A stretch of DNA of 44,816 bases, from sequence record SRR31156797_2362, one strand, 5' to 3'. Position 1 is the first letter of the stretch; each line of letters opens with the position of its first letter. Of this stretch, positions 39,501 to 44,816 are shown in pieces. A model generated the notes under the pieces. The model did no database searches, was not told the DNA's origin, and saw only the letters and a program-made list of their open reading frames with translations. A program made the position numbers and the translations under genes.

Positions 39501-40196
39501 TTAATCACTCAGAAATCTGTAGCCTTCGCCCCAGACCGTTTTGATACGCGATTTATGGTTCGGGTATTTCTTCAGGATAGCCCGGAGTTTGCTGACGTGC
39601 ACATCCACAGTACGGTCAAACGAGGTGGAATCGCTGCCTCGGGTCATGGTCATCAACTGGTCGCGGGAAAGGATTTTGTCCGCATGAGTCATGAAAGCTT
39701 TAAGCATAGAAAATTCTGCTGAGGAAAGTTCGTGCTCATTGTCTTTAATGCGTAGGATCATGCGTGAACTATCAAGAATAAGACCGCCTTTTTCCAGAAA
39801 TTCTTCCGATTGTTGATTAGGCTTTTTTGGGGCACCCCTCCGCATCACAGCGCGGATTCGGGCCAGCAGTTCTCGGGCGTTGAAGGGCTTGGCTACGTAG
39901 TCATCGGCACCAAGTTCCAGCCCGACTATTTTCTCGGAATCCTCGCCTTTCGCAGTGAGCATGATTACCGGAACATTAGAGCTTTCCCGTATCTCTTTAA
40001 GGACTTCAAAACCGTCCTTACCGGGCATCATCAGATCCAGCACTACCAGATCAGGCTTTATATCCACAACAGTTTTAGCCGCATTAAGCCCGTCTTCCAA
40101 AGTGGAAGTGTTCATGCTGTATCCTGAAAAGTACTTAACGAGCAGGTCTCGGAGTTTGTCGTCATCATCAATTATAAGGATATGAAGTTCTTTCAT
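39501..40196 (-). CDS. OmpR/CpxR-family response regulator
   Basis: IIDDD, LDLMMPG, LTAKG, GADDYVAKPF, DRTVDVHVSKLR, IKTVWGEGY; ATG 40196 with GGAGG SD. Confidence 0.95.
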   Translation of the reverse strand: MKELHILIIDDDDKLRDLLVKYFSGYSMNTSTLEDGLNAAKTVVDIKPDLVVLDLMMPGKDGFEVLKEIRESSNVPVIMLTAKGEDSEKIVGLELGADDYVAKPFNARELLARIRAVMRRGAPKKPNQQSEEFLEKGGLILDSSRMILRIKDNEHELSSAEFSMLKAFMTHADKILSRDQLMTMTRGSDSTSFDRTVDVHVSKLRAILKKYPNHKSRIKTVWGEGYRFLSD

Positions 40197-40388
40197 TGTT
40201 AACCTCCGCACCCTCCTTATACCTGCGGATCAACAAAATGATATATGTAAATATGTCCGTTAATAACTTTTTACATTTAATAAAATTCTGTTCACACTTT
40301 GTTAATTTCTCCTCCGTAGAACTGAAAGCGAAGAGGGGGTGATATCCATTCCCCGCATAACATAAAGGCTAAAAACAAGGAGAAAAAA

Positions 40389-40676
40389 ATGACCAAGCAA
40401 AGAAACTTCAAAAAACTCACTCTCGGAATCGCAGGACTGGCATTGGTAGCAGCACTGGCCGTAGTAGCAACCCCTATTCATGGAAAAGGTTCCCTTGCCT
40501 GGGCCGGGGTCAGCGAACACAGTTCCACTGAACACAATGGTCATAATAATGGAAAGCACAACCAAGGGCATATGAAAGATCATAATCGGCATATGAACGA
40601 GACCAAGCAGGAACACGTAGAGCACATTCCTAATGAGCACAACAATCAGAGCTCCGTCCAGAACGGCAAGAACTAG
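40389..40676 (+). CDS. small exported His-rich protein
   Basis: AAGGAG SD, signal ending AWA, 10 His in the ~56-aa mature part, followed by a terminator. Confidence 0.75.
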   Translation: MTKQRNFKKLTLGIAGLALVAALAVVATPIHGKGSLAWAGVSEHSSTEHNGHNNGKHNQGHMKDHNRHMNETKQEHVEHIPNEHNNQSSVQNGKN

Positions 40677-40694
40677 GTTTAATGGCCTCAAAAG

Positions 40695-40733
40695 AAAGGC
40701 GGTGCGGCAAGAATAATTGGCCGCACCGCCTTT
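40695..40733 (+). terminator. terminator
   Basis: AAAGGCGGTGCGGC...GCCGCACCGCCTTT. Confidence 0.8.
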
Positions 40734-40937
40734 GATCCTGTTTCTTATGGTTAATTTGCACAAAGTTAAATTCAACTGTGCACATGGTTGACGTGAGTAG
40801 TGCTAATTATTGCATATAGTAATATTTGGTTAAAATTAACGGTATATTAAGCGACTTTGTAATCGACGTGGATCAAACATCTTTTTGCTTCTGGCATGCC
40901 GCATGTAATTCTATTCATAAAAATTATGAGGTTTGAA

Positions 40938-41177
40938 ATGGAATTACTAGATAGTGCAGTTGATATTTTGGGTGTGCTTTTTTCTGAAGGGATGGCAGGA
41001 GCTATTTTCTGGATGCTGGCAGTGCAGTTGGTATTTGCAGGTATGGTTTTCTGGGCAGCTATTCGAGTTTTTCGAAAGTCAGCAGATGAGTCAGGGGTTT
41101 CTACGGCATTCTATATAAAGAAAAAGCGTTACGGGATTAATGTAATGGATGACCGTCCTTACGATTACCTGAAGTAG
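40938..41177 (+). CDS. small membrane protein
   Basis: GAGG SD before ATG 40938; hydrophobic GAIFWMLAVQLVFAGMVFWAAI. Confidence 0.6.
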   Translation: MELLDSAVDILGVLFSEGMAGAIFWMLAVQLVFAGMVFWAAIRVFRKSADESGVSTAFYIKKKRYGINVMDDRPYDYLK

Positions 41178-41382
41178 TTGTGAGGGATATACAATGTTTA
41201 CGCTGAATGAACTTTTCGCATTTATTTGTTTTTTGTTATTTGCATACCATGCATTGTTTACCGGGACATAGACTGGTGTAGAATGAGGAGGTGTGTGCAA
41301 GATTTGATGCGTGTTTGTGCAATTAATTGCGCTACTTTGAATTGTTGTTTTGTAAGTTGCATTATTTACAGCTTAAATTTCA

Positions 41383-41398
41383 TGGCACGAGATATGCT
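41383..41398 (+). promoter_or_regulatory. sigma54 promoter for the SHOCT gene
   Basis: TGGCACGAGATATGCT = TGGCACG-N5-TGC (GG-N10-GC). Confidence 0.75.
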
Positions 41399-41435
41399 TT
41401 TACTTAAGAAAAATCAAAATTAACGAGGTAAGGAC

Positions 41436-41708
41436 ATGGAATTTATCAACGCATTAAGCAGTTGGTGTGGCGGCCCCGGATTCGGTCATGGTGCCGGATA
41501 TGGAATGGGTAGCTGGATGCCTTTTCATTTTGGTGGCATTTTGCAGCTCATAGTGATCGGGCTGATTATTTACTTTACCGTGCGTATGTTCCGTAAGCCG
41601 GATACCGGTCCCAGTGCGCCTTCCGCTCAGGATATTTTAAAGAGGCGTTATGCAGCAGGCGAGATAGACGATGAGACTTACACTCGCATGAAGGATGAAT
41701 TGAAGTAA
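41436..41708 (+). CDS. SHOCT-domain small membrane protein
   Basis: G/M/H-rich N-terminus, one TM, ILKRRYAAGEIDDETYTRMK SHOCT motif. Confidence 0.88.
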   Translation: MEFINALSSWCGGPGFGHGAGYGMGSWMPFHFGGILQLIVIGLIIYFTVRMFRKPDTGPSAPSAQDILKRRYAAGEIDDETYTRMKDELK

Positions 41709-41774
41709 GGAATAATCTAGTTTGATTAGCAATTAAACTTGGTGTAATAACTCGATTAAAGGGGGATTATACCA

Positions 41775-42245
41775 ATGTCCTTACAAGATTATAAAATTCG
41801 CATTGATCGCCTTCAGGAAGGGCTGGGCAAAGCCTTTGTAGAAAATCCGTTTATCCTGAACATTCCGGGCAAATCCATCGCTCTCAAGGTGGACCCCTAT
41901 TATTACGTAGCCTTTGAACCTGCATTCTCCGAAAACCTGAGCCGTTTTGCAGTCATGCTGCCCAAAAACGTGCGCGATACTCTCGTGCGTACTGGTAACC
42001 TTGTCACCGATCAGGAGACCCGCAACCCTATCATCAAAATCCGCATGAAGTGGAATGACCGTTCCTACGCCATGAATGTCTGCTTCGTGGAATCCGGCTT
42101 TATTGATCAAGCTTTGAAAATCTACGGCGGAGTCAAAGAGGAAGTTGGTTTGTCCGAAATCCGTATTCTTGAGTCTGAGCGTGAACGTTTGGAAGAGTTT
42201 TTTGGCGAGCGTACTCTTTTGAAGAGCGTGGCGTTTGTAGAGTAG
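41775..42245 (+). CDS. hypothetical cytoplasmic protein
   Basis: 156-aa ORF, GGGGG SD, host-like codon usage, followed by a terminator. Confidence 0.8.
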   Translation: MSLQDYKIRIDRLQEGLGKAFVENPFILNIPGKSIALKVDPYYYVAFEPAFSENLSRFAVMLPKNVRDTLVRTGNLVTDQETRNPIIKIRMKWNDRSYAMNVCFVESGFIDQALKIYGGVKEEVGLSEIRILESERERLEEFFGERTLLKSVAFVE

Positions 42246-42268
42246 TTTTATTATAGTGGGTTAATGGG

Positions 42269-42302
42269 AAGGAAGTCCGTTTTTGCGGGCTTCTTTTTTT
42301 TT
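42269..42302 (+). terminator. terminator
   Basis: GGAAGTCCG...CGGGCTTCT plus a long T-tract. Confidence 0.7.
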
Positions 42303-42378
42303 ATATTGTGTTTGAGTTATTAATTGTATACCTGTTTTGTTGTTTTTTTTTGTATAATTTCAAAATTAAGGAGTTTTG

Positions 42379-42876
42379 ATGAAACGTTTAGTTAGTCTTG
42401 CGATGTCATTTGTTCTCGTTTTGATGTTGTGCGGAGGTGCGTTAGCGCAGGATTTTAATGCGCAGGGAAGTATTTTGGTTCCAAACTTAATGTATAAGTA
42501 TAACCGTGCTGATAGCTGGTCATTGCCTTATATCGTTCTGACAAATATTACAAATGAGACTGTTACTTGCCGGCTAAGGATTTATGATGCAGATGGCGTG
42601 GATATAACGAGTAGAGGGTCATTTTGTACTGGAAATATAGGTGGTTGGGCAGCTGTTGCAGCTGGTGGTGATGTCGAAATACCTGCCCATTCTTCGCGTA
42701 TGTACGCAATGGGGTATGGAAACAATAGATTACATACTATTGGGCATGCTGAAATCAAATGGTCTTCAACTGATACAAAGGCAAAAGTAGCGTTAGTTGG
42801 TGGTGTGACTATACGTAAAAAAGATGGTTATGTTTCCAATGTAGGCTTCCTGATCAATCAGGGGAACCCGTTTTAA
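42379..42876 (+). CDS. exported hypothetical protein (beta-rich)
   Basis: AAGGAG SD, Sec signal ending ALA-Q, C-terminal INQGNPF. Confidence 0.8.
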   Translation: MKRLVSLAMSFVLVLMLCGGALAQDFNAQGSILVPNLMYKYNRADSWSLPYIVLTNITNETVTCRLRIYDADGVDITSRGSFCTGNIGGWAAVAAGGDVEIPAHSSRMYAMGYGNNRLHTIGHAEIKWSSTDTKAKVALVGGVTIRKKDGYVSNVGFLINQGNPF

Positions 42877-42918
42877 CTACATTGATTCCGTGAAGTAAGT
42901 AATGTTGCGAGATCAAAC

Positions 42919-42956
42919 AAAAAAGCCCGCCAGAGCAAACGCTCCGGCGGGCTTTT
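42919..42956. terminator. bidirectional terminator
   Basis: AAAAGCCCGCC...GGCGGGCTTTT. Confidence 0.8.
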
Positions 42957-42979
42957 CCAATTCTATATCAGTAAAAATA

Positions 42980-43507
42980 CTACTGCTTGCGTGTCTGGCT
43001 TTTAGGACAGGTGTCTTCGAGATAACAGACTTCACAGCCTCCGGAGTACGGGAAGGGGGTGAATACTGCGTACTGGCGGTTTACGGTGCCTTCTTGATTC
43101 CAGGTGAGTCCGAGGGATTCGAATGCCTTGAGCACTTCTTCACCCGGCTTGGGCAGCGGCGCACACTTGCCTTCTTCCAGCTGTGGAATCAGGGATTGTG
43201 CTGCGGACATTACGAGGGTGATGGCGAGGTTATGATGGGCAAGGCCTTCGGTGGGAGTTTCTTGCCAGATTTCCTCAACTGAATCTTCAACTTCCTTTTC
43301 AAGGTAGAGCAGCAGGAAGTCAGTGCCTTTGGCATCTTCGGGCTGTTTCAAGGTGTAAGCCTTGAGGTGGGGCAGCCATTCGTTCCAGTACTTTTCGAGG
43401 CTTTCCATAAGGGAATGCTCGATGCGGGTGGAACCGTTCAGTTCCGCAAAATAAAAAATATTGAAATCCGGGTTCGGTTTTGCTTCAACGATTTTAAAAG
43501 CGCTCAT
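42980..43507 (-). CDS. conserved hypothetical protein, possibly a stand-alone cobalamin methionine synthase reactivation-like domain
   Basis: AGGAG SD; C-terminal CEVCYLEDTCP; near metK. Confidence 0.55.
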   Translation of the reverse strand: MSAFKIVEAKPNPDFNIFYFAELNGSTRIEHSLMESLEKYWNEWLPHLKAYTLKQPEDAKGTDFLLLYLEKEVEDSVEEIWQETPTEGLAHHNLAITLVMSAAQSLIPQLEEGKCAPLPKPGEEVLKAFESLGLTWNQEGTVNRQYAVFTPFPYSGGCEVCYLEDTCPKSQTRKQ

Positions 43508-43580
43508 ATTCTATATCTCCTGACTTGCGTTCTGGTTGGTGAACAGTTTCTTTACATGCTTCCGCGGATTGCCTCAAGTG

Positions 43581-43617
43581 TAAAAAGAACCCCCGGAAAC
43601 CAGACGGCTTCCGGGGG
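43581..43617. repeat. 37-bp terminator-like direct repeat, copy 1
   Basis: TAAAAAGAACCCCCGGAAACCAGACGGCTTCCGGGGG; 32/37 identical to 44409-44445. Confidence 0.85.
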
Positions 43618-43643
43618 CAGGAATGATCGATTTCGATCAATAA

Positions 43644-44234
43644 TTATATTTTGGGTTTTACATCTGTAACGCCGGCCAGCCGGGGACGATTAGTCTCGAC
43701 CTCAGTCAGTGGCTGCACTTCTTTGATTGATTTTGCTGAACGACCAGCTAGGGCCTGATACTCCTGAATGTTCAACCCGTGCCAGTGCATGTCCTGATCC
43801 GTTACCTGGCGGAGTTCTTTCGCTGGGGAGCCAACCAACAGCTGGCGTTCTTTTCCTTTGAATCCAGCTTTAACAAAAGACATGGCAGCAACAATGCTTT
43901 CCTTTTTAATGACTGCTCCGTCCATCACCACGGCATTCATGCCGATGAGAGAATTCTGTTTGACAATACAGCCATGCAGAACGGCACCATGTCCAACTGA
44001 AACATTCTGCTCAACAATGGTGTCCACGTCACAATAGCCATGCATGATGCAGCCGTCCTGAACATTGGACCCTTTCTCGATAATTAAACGGCCATAATCA
44101 CCGCGCAGGGAAGCGCATGGGCCTATGTATGCTCCTGCTCCAACAATGACGTCGCCGATGAGCACTGCTGTAGGGTGGACATATGCTGTGGGATCTACTA
44201 CCGGCACCAATCCTTCAAATTCATAAAATGGCAT
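43644..44234 (-). CDS. caiE: CaiE/PaaY-type gamma-carbonic-anhydrase-family hexapeptide protein
   Basis: [57 protein letters not shown] closely match enterobacterial CaiE as recalled. Confidence 0.8.
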   Translation of the reverse strand: MPFYEFEGLVPVVDPTAYVHPTAVLIGDVIVGAGAYIGPCASLRGDYGRLIIEKGSNVQDGCIMHGYCDVDTIVEQNVSVGHGAVLHGCIVKQNSLIGMNAVVMDGAVIKKESIVAAMSFVKAGFKGKERQLLVGSPAKELRQVTDQDMHWHGLNIQEYQALAGRSAKSIKEVQPLTEVETNRPRLAGVTDVKPKI

Positions 44235-44408
44235 ATAATTAATTCCTTACAAAAATCATAAATTGATTGCTAGAAAATGAAACCAGCACCGATGGTGCTC
44301 TCCAGTGTTTATCTGGAACACACTTTCGCATAATCAAATTTAATTTTCAATCATGATTTTTTATAAATCACGATTTTGAAATTAAAATTATATGAGATTT
44401 GGTGGGAA

Positions 44409-44445
44409 TAAAAAGAACCCCCGGAAGCCTATAGGCTTCCGGGGG
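44409..44445 (-). terminator. metK terminator (direct repeat copy 2)
   Basis: CCCCCGGAAGCC-TATA-GGCTTCCGGGGG perfect stem plus U-rich tail on the minus strand. Confidence 0.85.
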
Positions 44446-44471
44446 GAATAAACTGTGTGATTCAGGTCTAC

Positions 44472-44816
44472 TTAGATTTTGCAAGCAGTTCTGAGATCGT
44501 CTACAGCGTCGGTTTTTTCCCAAGTGAAGTTGGGGTTGTTGCGACCGAAGTGTCCGTAACAAGCGGAAGGCTTGTAGATGGGACGACGGAGGTCGAGACG
44601 CTCAGAGATGTACCAGGGGCGCAGGTCGAATACTTCCTTGACTGCTGCAGTCAGGGTTTCATCGGAAACTTCGCCGGTACCGTGGGAGGTAGCCAGAACG
44701 GATACGGGCTCTGCAACACCGATTGCATATGCAACCTGAACTTCTGCGCGTTCGGCGAGGCCGGCAGCTACGATGTTCTTAGCGATGTAACGGGCCATGT
44801 ATGCGCCGGAACGGTC
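44472..44816 (-). CDS. metK: S-adenosylmethionine synthetase, 3' part (truncated by the window edge)
   Basis: [48 protein letters not shown]. Confidence 0.96.
   Translation of the reverse strand, partial: DRSGAYMARYIAKNIVAAGLAERAEVQVAYAIGVAEPVSVLATSHGTGEVSDETLTAAVKEVFDLRPWYISERLDLRRPIYKPSACYGHFGRNNPNFTWEKTDAVDDLRTACKI

Noticed and set aside
40302-40775. 157-aa hydrophobic minus-strand ORF
   Set aside because: Antisense to the His-rich gene, which has the SD, signal peptide and terminator
41226-41423. 65-aa Cys-rich ORF
   Set aside because: TTG start without SD; overlaps the enhancer-like and sigma54 elements; Cys richness follows from TG-rich regulatory DNA

Overview
Chromosomal window from a sulfate-reducing deltaproteobacterium of the Desulfovibrionaceae (Maridesulfovibrio-like; inferred from ahbC, the gene neighbourhoods and roughly mid-40s % GC by eye). 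Core content: ahbC (alternative heme biosynthesis); an OmpA-domain lipoprotein; a fliC-fliD-fliS locus followed by two glycosyltransferases, with readable sigma28, sigma54 and CsrA-type signals; the rpsB-tsf-pyrH-frr-uppS-cdsA-dxr-rseP-tsaB block; FAH hydrolase, RNase J and plsC; a FecR-RTX protein; katG; a divergent EF-G paralog; a ParB-like plus spore-photoproduct-lyase-like pair; an OmpR/sensor kinase pair with small His-rich and membrane proteins; caiE; and the 3' end of metK. Most notable: (1) a ~6.2 kb block splits uppS from cdsA and carries a GAF/HD-GYP gene and an uncharacterised four-gene exported-protein/lipoprotein operon; (2) the SPL-like radical SAM enzyme appears to lack the canonical H-donor residues and is coupled to a ParB-like gene; (3) an M23 peptidase remnant not shown in the ORF track; (4) caiE lies between two copies of a 37-bp terminator; (5) two small membrane-protein genes share a sigma54/enhancer-like upstream architecture. 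No tRNA, rRNA, CRISPR array or transposase was seen. All family assignments come from motif recognition by eye, not database searches.
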